Shown here: in pieces, positions 30,047 to 41,062 of the stretch
Layout of the letters: each line of letters starts with the position of its first letter
How positions within the stretch are numbered: position 1 is the first letter of the stretch
NCBI GenBank assembly: GCA_963718895.1
Contig: CAVRAG010000008.1
Coordinates: 704,001 to 768,000 of the forward strand
DNA from: an uncultured Nitrososphaerota archaeon
GTDB taxonomy: Archaea > Thermoproteota > Nitrososphaeria > Nitrososphaerales > Gagatemarchaeaceae
Reading direction: 5' to 3'
Length of the DNA stretch: 64,000 nucleotides
The notes under the pieces: model-generated
Database searches by the model: none
Told to the model about the DNA's origin: nothing
The model's input: only the letters and a program-made list of their open reading frames with translations
Program-made: the position numbers and the translations under genes

Positions 30047-31018
30047 ATGGCAGGCCAAACACGACCAGGCACAATCGACCTCCACGCTGACCTTCCCGCA
30101 GACGTCATCAAGTATCGCGATCTGGGGGAGCACTCGGTCACGGAGAGGAGACACCTCCCGAAGCTGAAGAAGGGCGGGGTCACCGGTCTCGTGGCGCCGA
30201 TATGGGTCGAGAGCAAGTTCAAGCCGAGGGGGGCCATGAAGAGGGGGCTGCGAATCGCCGACGCCTTCTTCGAAGACCTTTCGGAATCGACCAGCTTCGC
30301 CCTGGCGAAGGACCATTCGAGCCTGACGAAGGCGGAGTCGAAGGGAAAGGTCGCGGTCGTGCTGGGCTGCGAAGGCGGTGAGTTCATCGATGGCGACCTG
30401 GGAGTCCTCCGCAACTACCACCGGCTCGGGCTTCGCACCTTCGGATTCGTCTGGAACGAGAGGAACGCGCTCGCGGACGGGATGTATCACAGGGACGACG
30501 ACAGGGGTCTGACCAAGCTCGGAAGGCAGGTCGTGGAAGAGCTGGACGATCTGAGGATACTCGTCGACCTCGCGCACATCGCTCCGAAGAGCTTCTGGGG
30601 CGTGGTCGACGTGGCCAAGAGGCCCGTCATGGTCTCCCACGGAGCCACTTCCGTGCACAAGTCCCTCCGGAACTCGACCGACGACCAGCTGAGGGCGGTC
30701 GCCCAGAGCGGCGGCGTGTTCGGAATCTTCGCGGTCAACTCCGGCGAGACGCACAACATCGACGATTACGTCGACCACGTGATGCACGCGGTCAAGGTGG
30801 CGGGAGTCGAACATGTGGCCCTGGGACCCGACTTCTATGACTACCTCTACGACGAGCTGAAGGGCAGCGGCGAGCTCCCTCCGATGGACGGCCTCGAGGA
30901 CACCACCAAACTTGGCGCCGTCGCCGGGAGGCTCTCAAAGAGAGGGCTCTCGGAGGAGGAGATCCGGATGATAGCCAGGGACAACTTTCTGCGCGTATTC
31001 CGTGCAGTCGTGGGATAA
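30047..31018 (+). CDS. M19 membrane (renal-type) dipeptidase
   Basis: DLHAD, CEGG, WNERN, GLT..G, VDLAH, SHG, RN..D, LGPDF. Confidence 0.9.
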   Translation: MAGQTRPGTIDLHADLPADVIKYRDLGEHSVTERRHLPKLKKGGVTGLVAPIWVESKFKPRGAMKRGLRIADAFFEDLSESTSFALAKDHSSLTKAESKGKVAVVLGCEGGEFIDGDLGVLRNYHRLGLRTFGFVWNERNALADGMYHRDDDRGLTKLGRQVVEELDDLRILVDLAHIAPKSFWGVVDVAKRPVMVSHGATSVHKSLRNSTDDQLRAVAQSGGVFGIFAVNSGETHNIDDYVDHVMHAVKVAGVEHVALGPDFYDYLYDELKGSGELPPMDGLEDTTKLGAVAGRLSKRGLSEEEIRMIARDNFLRVFRAVVG

Positions 31019-31041
31019 GAATCAGCGGAAAGGGGCGGGTC

Positions 31042-32040
31042 TCAAATCTTCCCGTCGTACAGGTGGCACGCGACGAAGTGGCCCTTCGAGACCTCCTGAA
31101 GCACCGGATCGATCTTCGAACACACTTCCATGGCGGCGGGGCAGCGGGTGTGGAACCTGCACCCCTCTGGGAGGTCCATTGGGCTCGGTATGCTCCCGGA
31201 CAGAGGGACCCTCCGGCTCGTCTTTGTCGGGTCGGGAACCGGCACGGCATCGAGAAGCGCCTTCGTGTAGGGGTGAAGCGGGTTCTCGAAGAGCTCCTGC
31301 GTCTCGCACATCTCGACTATCCTCCCGAGGTACATGACCGCGATGTTGTGGCACATGTAGCGCACGACGCTGAGGTCGTGGGCGATGAAGAGGTAGGTCA
31401 GGTCGAAGCCCCCCTGGATGTCCTGCAGCAGGTTCAGGACCTGTGCCCGGACCGACATGTCCAGTGCCGAGACAGGCTCGTCCAAGACGATGAGCTTGGG
31501 CTTGAGGGTCAGCGCCCGTGCGATCGCAACCCGCTGTTGCTGCCCGCCGCTCAACTCGTGGGCGTACCTCGAGTACGTCTCCCTCTTCAGGCCGACTGCC
31601 TGCAGTATCCCGAGCGCCGTCTCCCTCCTGTCGGTAGGGGTGCCCTGGTCGTGGATAACCATCGGCTCCTCGATTATCTGGCCTATCTTCATGCGCGGGT
31701 CGAGGGAGGCAGCGGGATCCTGAAAGACCGCCTGGATGTTGCGGCGGGCCGTCCTCCTGTCTGTACGGGAGAGAGGTCCGTTTAGGTCCTGTCCCTCAAA
31801 CCGGACTGACCCGGAGGTCGGATGATACATCCCGAGGATTATCTTTGCCGTGGTCGTCTTTCCGCACCCGCTCTCGCCGACAAGCCCCAGGGTATCGCCC
31901 CGTCTTATCGTGAAGGAGATGCCGTCGACCGCCCGCACCGACCTCCTCTTCCCCGCGAAGAAGTCGCTGATGGTCCTCGCCGCAGGGAACTGCTTCGTCA
32001 GATCTCGGACCTCAAGGAGTGGTGCTTGTGTCTCGGACAA
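31042..32040 (-). CDS. oppF: oligopeptide ABC transporter ATPase
   Basis: GESGCGKT, FQDP, LSGGQQQR, HPYT, GCRFHTRC..C..C. Confidence 0.9.
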   Translation of the reverse strand: MSETQAPLLEVRDLTKQFPAARTISDFFAGKRRSVRAVDGISFTIRRGDTLGLVGESGCGKTTTAKIILGMYHPTSGSVRFEGQDLNGPLSRTDRRTARRNIQAVFQDPAASLDPRMKIGQIIEEPMVIHDQGTPTDRRETALGILQAVGLKRETYSRYAHELSGGQQQRVAIARALTLKPKLIVLDEPVSALDMSVRAQVLNLLQDIQGGFDLTYLFIAHDLSVVRYMCHNIAVMYLGRIVEMCETQELFENPLHPYTKALLDAVPVPDPTKTSRRVPLSGSIPSPMDLPEGCRFHTRCPAAMEVCSKIDPVLQEVSKGHFVACHLYDGKI

Positions 32041-32054
32041 CCATCTTCACCCTG

Positions 32055-33035
32055 CTATCTCGCGCCTTCCAGGAGCCAGCACTTCGACCTGCCGCCCGCC
32101 GCGGTCGGGAAGGTGGGGGGCTCTTCCACCCGGCACCTGTCAAAGACGTAGGGGCACCTGGGATTGAACCGGCAACCCCTGGGAGGGTGAATCAGGTCAG
32201 GAATCTCGCCTGGAATCGACTGAAGCCGGCCCACGTCCCGCTCGACCCTCGTTATCGAGTTCAGGAGTCCCTTGGTGTAGGGGTGTTGGGGGTTCAGGAA
32301 GATGTCACGCGTCGTTCCCGTCTCCATGCCGTGTCCGGCGTACATCACCAGCACCTCGTCGCAGAACTCGGCGACTATGCCGAGATCGTGGGTGATCAGC
32401 ACGACGGTCATGTTCCTCTCCTTCTGGAGCGACTTGAGCAGCGTCAGGATCTGCGCCTGTGTGATCACGTCCAGTGCCGTTGTCGGTTCGTCTGCTATCA
32501 GGAGGTCAGGATTGTTGGCCAGCGCCATAGCGATGACGACGCGCTGCCGCATGCCGCCGCTGAACTGGTGAGGGTACCCGCGCGCCCTCTTCTCCGGCTC
32601 CGGGATGCCGGTCGCGCGCATCAGGTCGATCGCTCTCTGTTCGGCCTCAGAGCGCGGGAGGCCTTCGTGCACCATCAAGGTCTCGGCTATCTGGAACCCG
32701 ATCCTCAGCACGGGGTTCAGCGCGGTCATGGGGTCCTGATAGACCATCGAGATCTTCTTCCCCCGGTACTCCCTCATCTCGTTCTTCGTCTTCTTCAGGA
32801 GGTCCTCACCCTTGTACAGTATCCTGCCGCTCTCGACCCTTCCGGGCGGGCTCGCGAGCAAGCCCATCACGGTGAGGGCGGTGACGCTCTTGCCCGAGCC
32901 CGACTCCCCTACTATGCCGAAGGCTGAGCCCTGGGAGACCTTGAAGGAGAGGTGATTCACAGCGTCGACCGAGCCGCGGGCGAGGTGAAACTGCACCGAG
33001 AGGTCGTCGACCTCGAGGAGCGTGTCGGCGGTCAT
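32055..33035 (-). CDS. oppD: oligopeptide ABC transporter ATPase
   Basis: [42 protein letters not shown]. Confidence 0.9.
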   Translation of the reverse strand: MTADTLLEVDDLSVQFHLARGSVDAVNHLSFKVSQGSAFGIVGESGSGKSVTALTVMGLLASPPGRVESGRILYKGEDLLKKTKNEMREYRGKKISMVYQDPMTALNPVLRIGFQIAETLMVHEGLPRSEAEQRAIDLMRATGIPEPEKRARGYPHQFSGGMRQRVVIAMALANNPDLLIADEPTTALDVITQAQILTLLKSLQKERNMTVVLITHDLGIVAEFCDEVLVMYAGHGMETGTTRDIFLNPQHPYTKGLLNSITRVERDVGRLQSIPGEIPDLIHPPRGCRFNPRCPYVFDRCRVEEPPTFPTAAGGRSKCWLLEGAR

Positions 33036-33039
33036 GGGT

Positions 33040-33946
33040 TCATCTCTTCTCCTCGGCCAGCTGGACAGCGATGGATTCCCCTTTCCTTCTCAGCTTCGGG
33101 GTGAGCGCCTCCTTCAGGCCTTCGCTTATGAGATAGAAGGAGAGAGACGTGGCGAAGATCGCGAGGCCCGGAAAGAGGGACATCCACCACGCTCCCTGTA
33201 TCATGTAGCTCAGGGAGATGTTGATGAGGAACCCCCAGCTCAGCGAGAGCGGAGCGAGACCGAGGAACTCTATGGTGGCCTCTGTGAGGATGACGACCGG
33301 TATGACCAGAGACGTGTAGACGAGGATGACGTTCGTCAAGTTCGGGAGCAGGTGCCTGAAGATTATCCTCCCCGTGCCGGCTCCCATCACCCTCTCGATC
33401 TGTATGAACTCCTGCTTCACCAGGGCAAGCGACGTTCGACCTGACTAGTCGGGCCATCAGCGGCCACATGGTCAGAGAGATCACGAGGAATATGTTGAAC
33501 AAACTCGGCTGTGCGACCGCCACCACGACGAGTATCAGTGGAAGGGTAGGCAGGGTCAGGAAGACGTCGACTATACGCATCAGGACCCCGTCCACGTTCC
33601 CTCCATAGTAGCCGGCCACGAGACCGCATAGCGTCCCCAGGACCGCTATCAGTCCCCCAGCCGCGAATGCGACGAGCAGATCGGTCCGGGCTCCGTAGGC
33701 GATCAGGATGACCATGTTGCGGCCGAGATAGTCCGTTCCGAAGGGGAAGGCCAGGCTTGGGGCCTCGAGTTGCCTCTCGATGAAGTACTTGCTTGGGCTC
33801 TCCGGGAAGATGTAGTTAGCGAAGGTTGCCGTCAGGGTCAGCAGGACGAGGAAGACGAGGGCCCCGAGCGCCAGCCTGTTCCTGGCGAAGCTCCTGAACA
33901 GGCCCGTGGCGGAGGTCAGCCTGCCCTCCTGGCCATCCTCAGTCAT
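33040..33946 (-). CDS. oppC: oligopeptide ABC permease, frameshift near 33430
   Basis: FGTDYLGR, LMRIVD..L.LP, W...ARLVR; continues FIQIERVMGA..HLLPN..SWG in ORF 33040..33420. Confidence 0.9.
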
Positions 33947-34898
33947 AGGTGATCCTCGGGTCCAGGAACCCGTACACGACGTCCGTGACCAGGTTCACGA
34001 CGATGATGCTGACGGCGAAGATGAAGAAGAGAGACAGGACGACGGGATAGTCCCGGGTGATTATCGACTGGTAGGTGAGCAGGCCCAGGCCAGGCCATGT
34101 GAAAACCGTCTCTGTGACGATCGCTCCTGTGAGGAGGAACGCTACGTACAGTCCGGTCATGGTCACGGTGGGAAGGAGGGCATTCCTGAGAGCATGCCTG
34201 AAGAAGATGGTGCGCTCGGGGAGGCCCTTCCCCCGGGCCGTCATGATATAGTTCTGGTCGAGCACTTCCAGGAGGCTCACCCGCATCACCATCGAGAAGT
34301 TGGCAAGGTTGACGAGGGCGAGGCTCACCATCGGCAGGATGAGGTGGCTGAGTATGTCCATGAACGAACCGCCGCCGACCGCAGAGGTGATCCCACTGGC
34401 AGGGAGCAGCCTCAGGTCGAGCGCGAAGATGGTGAGCATGATGAAGCCGAGCCAGAAGGCCGGCATCGCGAAGAAGAAGAACGAGAAGCCAGAGAGCGAC
34501 CTGTCGAACAGCGAGAAAGGCTTCCTCGCCGCCAGGATGCCGAGCGATATCCCGAGGACTATGGTGAGGATCAAACTTGGAATCATCAGGAGAAGAGTTG
34601 CGGGGACCTTCTGGGCGATCACCTCTTGGGCCGGTTCGAGGTAGTAGTAGGAGACCCCCCAGTTACCTGTGAACAACCCCTCGATGTACGTGACGAACTG
34701 CACGTAGATCGGCTTGGAGAGTCCTAGGGAAGCGAGTATCTGCGCCCTCTCGGCAGGCGTGATTCTGGGATTTGAAGCCAGTATGTGACCCGGACCCCCT
34801 GGGGCAAGGTGGATGATGGCGAAGTTGATTACGGCGACGAGTACGATAAGTCCGAACGCGATGATGCAGCGCCGCACGAGGTAGGTCGCGAGACCCAT
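33939..34898 (-). CDS. oppB: oligopeptide ABC permease
   Basis: HLILP, YIMTARGKGL, HALRNA, ETVFTWPGLG, RDYP, LDPRI. Confidence 0.9.
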   Translation of the reverse strand: MGLATYLVRRCIIAFGLIVLVAVINFAIIHLAPGGPGHILASNPRITPAERAQILASLGLSKPIYVQFVTYIEGLFTGNWGVSYYYLEPAQEVIAQKVPATLLLMIPSLILTIVLGISLGILAARKPFSLFDRSLSGFSFFFFAMPAFWLGFIMLTIFALDLRLLPASGITSAVGGGSFMDILSHLILPMVSLALVNLANFSMVMRVSLLEVLDQNYIMTARGKGLPERTIFFRHALRNALLPTVTMTGLYVAFLLTGAIVTETVFTWPGLGLLTYQSIITRDYPVVLSLFFIFAVSIIVVNLVTDVVYGFLDPRITYD

Positions 34899-34938
34899 TC
34901 GAGCCTCCCCACCTCACTTGAGAGCGGGGGACGCCGGA

Positions 34939-36814
34939 CTACGCCCCGGTGATTGAATGTGGGAAAGCCTGACGTCTGTGGCTCTTGAGGACCCCAATCA
35001 CCAACACCCCCGAGACGACCACGAGCGCGGCGATCGTGCCAATCAGCGCCAACGGCGTGTAGCTGGACGAGCTCCCGGTGCTGGTGCTCGCTGTGGTGGC
35101 CGCCGATGTCGAGGTCGAGCTCACGATGCTCACCTGGGATATCGAGGAAGGCTTCATGTCTCCCCAGTAGTCATACTCTGGGTCACCGAGTCCGAAGTGG
35201 AACCCCTGGTAGTTGGAGTCGTAGGCCACAAGTTCGATGTTGTAGTAGAGCGGGAAGACCGGGAAGTCCTGGTAGGCGATTGAATCAATCTGTCTCAGGA
35301 TCGCGACCCTCTGTGCGGCGTTCGTGGTCCCTTCCTCCTGCTTCAGCAGCCCGTTGACGACCGTGTTATTGTAGCCGCCCGCGTTCCATCCTCCGGCACC
35401 TGCGTTTCCGCCGATGCCACCCACGATGTAGAAGGGTCCGACGTCGCCGTCAGGGGACTCAGAGATGGTCTGGACACTCATGCTCCAGACCAGCGGCTGG
35501 CCGTTGAACAGTTCGTTGTTGTAGGTGGCTGGGTCTAGCGGGACCAGGTTCAGGGTAATTCCCACGTTGCCGAGGTCAGCCTGAAACAGCTGCAGAATCT
35601 TCAGAGAAGCACCCGAGCCCGCACTCCCGAACCCGTTCGTGGGGTAGATCATGCTGATCGTGAATCTGTTCCCGCCGGTCATCGGGTATCCGGCCTTGTC
35701 GAGGAGTTGTCCCGCAGCCGTGGGATTGTAGGCATAGGCAGGACTCGGGATGCTGCTGTTCTGGGTGCTCAGGCCCAGGTAGAGCATGTTCGGGACCTCG
35801 ATCTGGTTCGCCAGCAGATAGTGGCCCGCGCCCAGCGAAGCGTTGAGTATGGTGTTCATGTCGGTCGCCATGGCAATGGCGTGTCTCACATTCACGTTCG
35901 AGATAGGGTTCGTGGAGTTGTCGGCCATCTTGGCGCCCATGTTGAAGATGATGTAGATCATCGACTGGTCTTCCTGTGTGGCCAGGCTGATGCCGGGCGT
36001 CTTGCTGATTGCACTTGAGTCAGTAGGCGGAACGTCCTGGAGGACGTTAATCTGGCCGCTCTCAAGAGCGAGCTCCGCAGAAGGAGAGTCAGAGTAGAAC
36101 TTTATGATCTCCTGGCTGAGCTTGGGAGCACCAAGATAGTAGTTCGGGTTGGCAGCCTCGGTCAGTTGGACCCCGGACGTGAACGAAGTTGGGATGAAGG
36201 CTCCGGAACCCACTATTTTGGTCATATCCGGGTTTCCCGTGTTCCAGTTGAAGTTCGCATAAGTGTGCTGCGGGATTATCTCCCATCCCCCTGCGTTCAG
36301 GATGAAGGGGGCGGAAGCCGCCGAGAGGTGGAAGATCGACCTCTGTCGAGTTAGGAGCGGTCACAGCACCCGGAGCAAGTGCTTCTCCGGAAGGATTGTT
36401 GCTGTTCGAGACGAGCAGCGGTCCGTAGATGCCGACTGCCCAGAACGAGGACTGGATGGCTGTCTGGTTCACGGAGAAGAGGACATCGGCGGACGTCAGG
36501 GCTTGCCCGTCGCTCCACTTTAGACCGCTTCTGAGGTTGAAGGTGTAGGTCAGCCCGTCGGACGAGATCTTCCACCAGTCTGCGAGCTGGGGAATCGTCG
36601 TGCCGTTGGAGGACCACCCTACCAGCCCCTGCCAGATCGCGCTGACATAGTAGGTCTGCGTGCTCTGCATGACGTTGAAAGTTTTCGGCGTGACAGCGTT
36701 CGTCGTACCGATGATAATCGTACCTCCTGACGAAGTTTGCGCCAGGACCGGACCGAAAGACGAGACAAGAAGAGCTCCCAAGACAGCCAGCGCCGTCACT
36801 GAGGTGTAACGCAC
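34939..36814 (-). CDS. oppA: oligopeptide ABC substrate-binding protein with signal peptide and C-terminal Ser/Thr linker + TM anchor; frameshift near 36337
   Basis: P.LA..W..S.DGLTYTF.LR..KWSDG..LTS.DV, VGSGAF, NPNYY, VRHAI. Confidence 0.9.
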
Positions 36815-36996
36815 ACCTCCAAGAAGGGGAATTTACTATAAAAATATTCCGAGCGTTACAACAGAATTGGTAGTTTCGCGAATTTTCCAGATGGGAGATG
36901 TCCGGTTTGAAATCAGGCGCATCATACATCTGGGAAGTTCGCCGTAATCTAGGTCCCCAGATGCGGCCATTGCGAAATGGACGCTCGAACGATCGT

Positions 36997-38688
36997 CTAA
37001 ACGCCGGACCTACCGATGACCGGAAGGACGACGCACGACGGGTGCTCCGGGTCATGGAAGACCTTCTGATGGGCGACCCTGGCAATGACATCGTCCCCGA
37101 ACGGCTTGCCGGTGTTCATGTTCCGTGCGTATCTCGGAAAGTCCGAGCTCGTCAGCTCGACCCTAATCTTGTGTCCTTTCTGGAAGAGGTTGCTCGTGTA
37201 CCAGAGATTCAAGACGAGTCTGTAGACCCTGCCAGGTTTGATGGCCGTCGGCTTCTCGAGGGAGTCCCGGTACCTGCAGGTGATGATGCCGTCGGCGACC
37301 GGATGGGCGTAGCCGCTTGGATAGACATCGACCAGCCTGGCAGCGAAATCCGTGTCGCGCGCCGAAGACGAGGCGAAGAGCTCGACCGTCACCTGTCCCG
37401 TCACCTCCGTGGATCTTATCAGAGGGACCGTGTCGTAGTTGAGAGCGTCATCCCGCCTCTCTCCTGGCCTTCTGTCGTCCGGTTCGTTGACGTTGAGGGG
37501 GCTCGGGTTAGGCTCGTCTGGGTCGTAGTCGAACTCGTCCGTCGCCGCGTCGCCCGTGTGGGGCGGCCTCGCGTTCAGGAGTCCGTCTCCCTGGAGCCCG
37601 TTTGCGTGGCCCTTGCTGTGGAGATAGACCCTAGTGGGCTTCGCCCGCTTGAGAGGCCACGCAGATTCCTCTCTCCACTCGTTCCGTCCCATGGTGAAGA
37701 TTGTGACCGGCTTCTCCTTTTCCACACCGTTCTCGACTCCCTTGAGCCAGTAGTCGAACCACCGCTTTTGGACATCGTAGAGGTCGATCAGGGCTTCCTG
37801 GCCGAAGTCGATTCCTCCGTACCGACTCGACGCGTTGATTCCGTGGGGCCAGGGCCCGACCAACAGCATCTGACTCTTCCTCGCGGCGACGGTCCGGGCG
37901 GACGACTTCATCCTCAGGTAGTGCTGGAAGTTGCCGTCGGCGCAGTCGTCGTACCAGCCGGTGACGTTGAGGACGGGGACGTCGATCAGCTCGTGCTTCC
38001 CGTGAATGGACCTCGACTTCCAGAACTGGTCGTTGGTCTGGTGCTCCATGACCGCCCTCCAGAACTTGATATCTCGACCCATCGCCCTGTCCACCTCCTT
38101 CGCTGGCACGTGCATCCCGATCTTAGACAGGTCGTAGGCCAGGAGGTTCTGGCCCACGTGTGCATGGGTCTGTCCCATCCACCGGATGAGGTCGCCCCAG
38201 ACGAGCGTCCCATTCCGGTACCAGCAGTTGATGAAGAGGTCCGAGGGCGAGACCATCGAGACCATCGCCTTGAGCTCTGGGGGCTGCAGGACGGCCAGGT
38301 CCCACTGGACCTGGGCGAGGTACGAGCCCCCTGTCATCCCGACGCGGCCGTTGGACCAAGGTTGTCCCCGCAGCCAGACGATGGTATCGAGGCCGTCGGG
38401 TCCCTCGTTGGTGAACGGGAAGAACTCCCCCTCTGAGTCGTTCCTCCCTCTCACGTCCTGAATCACGACGGCGTATCCCCACGACGCGAAGGTCTTCCCG
38501 AACCTGACGGATTCGTCGTTGTTGTTGCTGTAGGGTGTCCGGATGAGGATGACCGGGTGCCTCCCGGCCCCCTTTGGGCGATAGATGTCGGTCGACAGCT
38601 TCACACCGTCCCGGGCGGGTACGGCCACGTCGAACTCCATCTGCACCTCTCCGTAGGGTTCGTGGGCGCGCAGGGGCGCTACCTTCAA
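36997..38688 (-). CDS. CocE/NonD family serine hydrolase #2
   Basis: RDG, RTPY, QDVRGR.DSEG, GGSY, GWYDD, GPWPH. Confidence 0.95.
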   Translation of the reverse strand: MKVAPLRAHEPYGEVQMEFDVAVPARDGVKLSTDIYRPKGAGRHPVILIRTPYSNNNDESVRFGKTFASWGYAVVIQDVRGRNDSEGEFFPFTNEGPDGLDTIVWLRGQPWSNGRVGMTGGSYLAQVQWDLAVLQPPELKAMVSMVSPSDLFINCWYRNGTLVWGDLIRWMGQTHAHVGQNLLAYDLSKIGMHVPAKEVDRAMGRDIKFWRAVMEHQTNDQFWKSRSIHGKHELIDVPVLNVTGWYDDCADGNFQHYLRMKSSARTVAARKSQMLLVGPWPHGINASSRYGGIDFGQEALIDLYDVQKRWFDYWLKGVENGVEKEKPVTIFTMGRNEWREESAWPLKRAKPTRVYLHSKGHANGLQGDGLLNARPPHTGDAATDEFDYDPDEPNPSPLNVNEPDDRRPGERRDDALNYDTVPLIRSTEVTGQVTVELFASSSARDTDFAARLVDVYPSGYAHPVADGIITCRYRDSLEKPTAIKPGRVYRLVLNLWYTSNLFQKGHKIRVELTSSDFPRYARNMNTGKPFGDDVIARVAHQKVFHDPEHPSCVVLPVIGRSGV

Positions 38689-38757
38689 GGTTGCGGAATC
38701 CGGCCGATATTCTACTTAAGCGTTCGGGAGTTCAGACCGCCCGGTCGGGCCTCTTGC

Positions 38758-40497
38758 CTAGGGAGCTCCCCAGCGGTCGGGCTTCCACGCCGGCGAGAAT
38801 TGGGGGCCTCTGAGCTCCTGGAAGGTCAGACGCGACGGGTGCTCCTCCGAGTGATAGACGGTCTGCTTCGCGACGATAGGTTTGGTCTCTTCCCATGTGC
38901 TCCCTCCGGTGTTGAAATTGGGGGCATAGGTCGGGAATGCGCTCGATGTGACCTCAAGTCTCATCTTGTGGCCCGCACTGAAGCGATGCGAGGTGGCCCA
39001 CATGCACACGTTGACCTTCACTATCTCTCCCGGCTTGACCAGCTTGATCCTCTCGAACCCGTCTCGGAACCTCAACCTCATGATTCCGTGCTGCAGCCTC
39101 TGGGCGTAGCCGTCAGGCCCGACGTCAGATAGCCTGGTTACGAAGTCGGTGTCCACTGCCGAAGTGCTGACGTACAGCTCGCTTCCCAGCATGCCAACCA
39201 CATCGAGGGGAGACTTCATCGGCTCAGATGTGAAGACGAGGACATCCTTCCGCCTCTGGATGTACCGGAGGTCCTCGTTCGTGCCGTTCTGGAACGCCTC
39301 CTTCCAGAACGGGGTCGGGGTGGGATCGGAGGGGTCGTAGGTGTATCTCGAGGATTTGGAACTCCCGTGAACCATGGTGAGCTTTCCCTTCCCCTCGAGC
39401 GTGTTGGAGGGCCCATCGGCGCTCAGCAGAAGCTCCCTCTGGACGCTCTTCGTCAGAGGGAACTCGGAGTGGTCCATCCACCTGTTGGCTCCCATGTGAA
39501 AGAGCCTGACGGGGGGCTCCCGCATGATACCGTTGTCATCCCCCTTCAGCCAGTAGTCGAACCACCGCACGGCCTCTCCGTGAAGCTGAACCACGGAGTC
39601 AGGCCCGTAGTCAAAGTCGCCCAGCTTGGTCGCCGGACGGTAGGGCGCCGAGAGCGGGTGGGCCCACGGACCGACCAGAAGCTTCTGGCTCCGCGCCACC
39701 ATCGGGTCGTGGTGCTTCAGGAGGCGCGGAAAGAAGTCCATCCCTCCGCTTATGCTGTCGTCGAACCAGCCTGTGACAAAATAGCACGGGACGGTCATCT
39801 TCTCGATCATGTCATCCGACCAGATGCGCTTCATGTAGGCGTCGTAGGTCTCGTGCTCATAGAGGTGCGACTGGATGTCCTCGTTCAGCCCCGCCCTCTT
39901 GGCCCAGTCCTTTAGGGGACGGATGTTCAACCACTGCTGCCAGTCGAACTCGTCGTCGTAGATCTCGTCCTTGTTGGTCTTGCCCGTAATCAGCGCTTGC
40001 CAAGCCCTCATTATCTGAACGTAGGCGCCGAAGGCGTACGCCGTGCAGTCGCGGAACGGGTGTATGGAGGGCGCGCACTCGATGAAGGCCGCCTTGTGGT
40101 ACTTCGAGCCGAGGCGCATGGTGTACAGCTGGGCGCAACCCCCGTACGACCTGCCGAAGGTGCCCACCTTTCCGCTCGACCAGGATTGGGTGCCACACCA
40201 CGTCAGAGCGTCGTGCACGTCCTCTATCTCCTGGAAGTTCGGTGTGAACTCTCCCTCAGAGTTCCCCCTGCCGCGGACATCGACGTGGACGACCACATAG
40301 CCCGCCCTGACGAAGGATCTGATGACGGTGCGGACCGGGGACTTCATCCCCCCGTCCTTGACGTACGGAGTCACGTTGAGCAGGACCGGGTGCTTCCCCT
40401 TCTGTTTCGGGAAGTAGACGTTTGCGGCCAGGTTCACGCTGTCTCGCATCGGAATCCTGACGTCGTACATCACTTCGGGTTGCTGCGCTATCGGCAT
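38758..40497 (-). CDS. CocE/NonD family serine hydrolase #3
   Basis: MRD, TPY, DVRGRGNSEG, GRSY, GWFDD, GPWAH. Confidence 0.95.
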   Translation of the reverse strand: MPIAQQPEVMYDVRIPMRDSVNLAANVYFPKQKGKHPVLLNVTPYVKDGGMKSPVRTVIRSFVRAGYVVVHVDVRGRGNSEGEFTPNFQEIEDVHDALTWCGTQSWSSGKVGTFGRSYGGCAQLYTMRLGSKYHKAAFIECAPSIHPFRDCTAYAFGAYVQIMRAWQALITGKTNKDEIYDDEFDWQQWLNIRPLKDWAKRAGLNEDIQSHLYEHETYDAYMKRIWSDDMIEKMTVPCYFVTGWFDDSISGGMDFFPRLLKHHDPMVARSQKLLVGPWAHPLSAPYRPATKLGDFDYGPDSVVQLHGEAVRWFDYWLKGDDNGIMREPPVRLFHMGANRWMDHSEFPLTKSVQRELLLSADGPSNTLEGKGKLTMVHGSSKSSRYTYDPSDPTPTPFWKEAFQNGTNEDLRYIQRRKDVLVFTSEPMKSPLDVVGMLGSELYVSTSAVDTDFVTRLSDVGPDGYAQRLQHGIMRLRFRDGFERIKLVKPGEIVKVNVCMWATSHRFSAGHKMRLEVTSSAFPTYAPNFNTGGSTWEETKPIVAKQTVYHSEEHPSRLTFQELRGPQFSPAWKPDRWGAP

Positions 40498-40575
40498 TGG
40501 GCGCCCATTGTCGCGCGGCGAAATTAAGTTTTGGCAGGGCCCTTCGGGCAACGGCCCCCACCCGGTCATGAGCCT

Positions 40576-40974
40576 TCAGAAGAGATGGAAATCCGACGGA
40601 AGCGACACCCCGAAGAGAGCGACGAGGACCAAGTTCATCACGAACGCCACGATCACGGCGAGCACGGCTATGCCTATCGCCCCCAGCCAGCCGACCTCGA
40701 AGATCGACCGGTAGAGGCCGAGCCAAGCGACGAACGCGAGCAGGACGGCAAACGCGTCGGCCGCACGCCCGATCAGCGCTCCAAGGAAGAAGGAGACCAC
40801 GGCCAAGACTATCACGAACACGATCGCTCCCCCGAGAGTTGCCCACATGGCCTGCCCGAATCTTGCCTTGCCCGACGTGACGACCTTGGCTGCGACGTAG
40901 ACGGGGAGGGAGACTATGACCCAGAGAATGATGAGGGCGACCAGAACGACGACTAGGCCAACCAGCCCTGCCAT
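40576..40974 (-). CDS. 4-TM hypothetical membrane protein
   Basis: Hydrophobic ORF, ATG at 40974. Confidence 0.75.
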   Translation of the reverse strand: MAGLVGLVVVLVALIILWVIVSLPVYVAAKVVTSGKARFGQAMWATLGGAIVFVIVLAVVSFFLGALIGRAADAFAVLLAFVAWLGLYRSIFEVGWLGAIGIAVLAVIVAFVMNLVLVALFGVSLPSDFHLF

Positions 40975-41062
40975 GCGTCCGATCGCGGCCTGCGGAGATT
41001 TAAGACTAACCAGCACGTCGAGATCTTGCAGAGATAAATAGCATTACCGAGGGAAATCTCCC

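Noticed and set aside
36898-38436. 512-aa + strand ORF, and similar long ORFs at 15105, 55999 and 63016
   Set aside because: Antisense shadows of well-supported genes, expected in high-GC DNA
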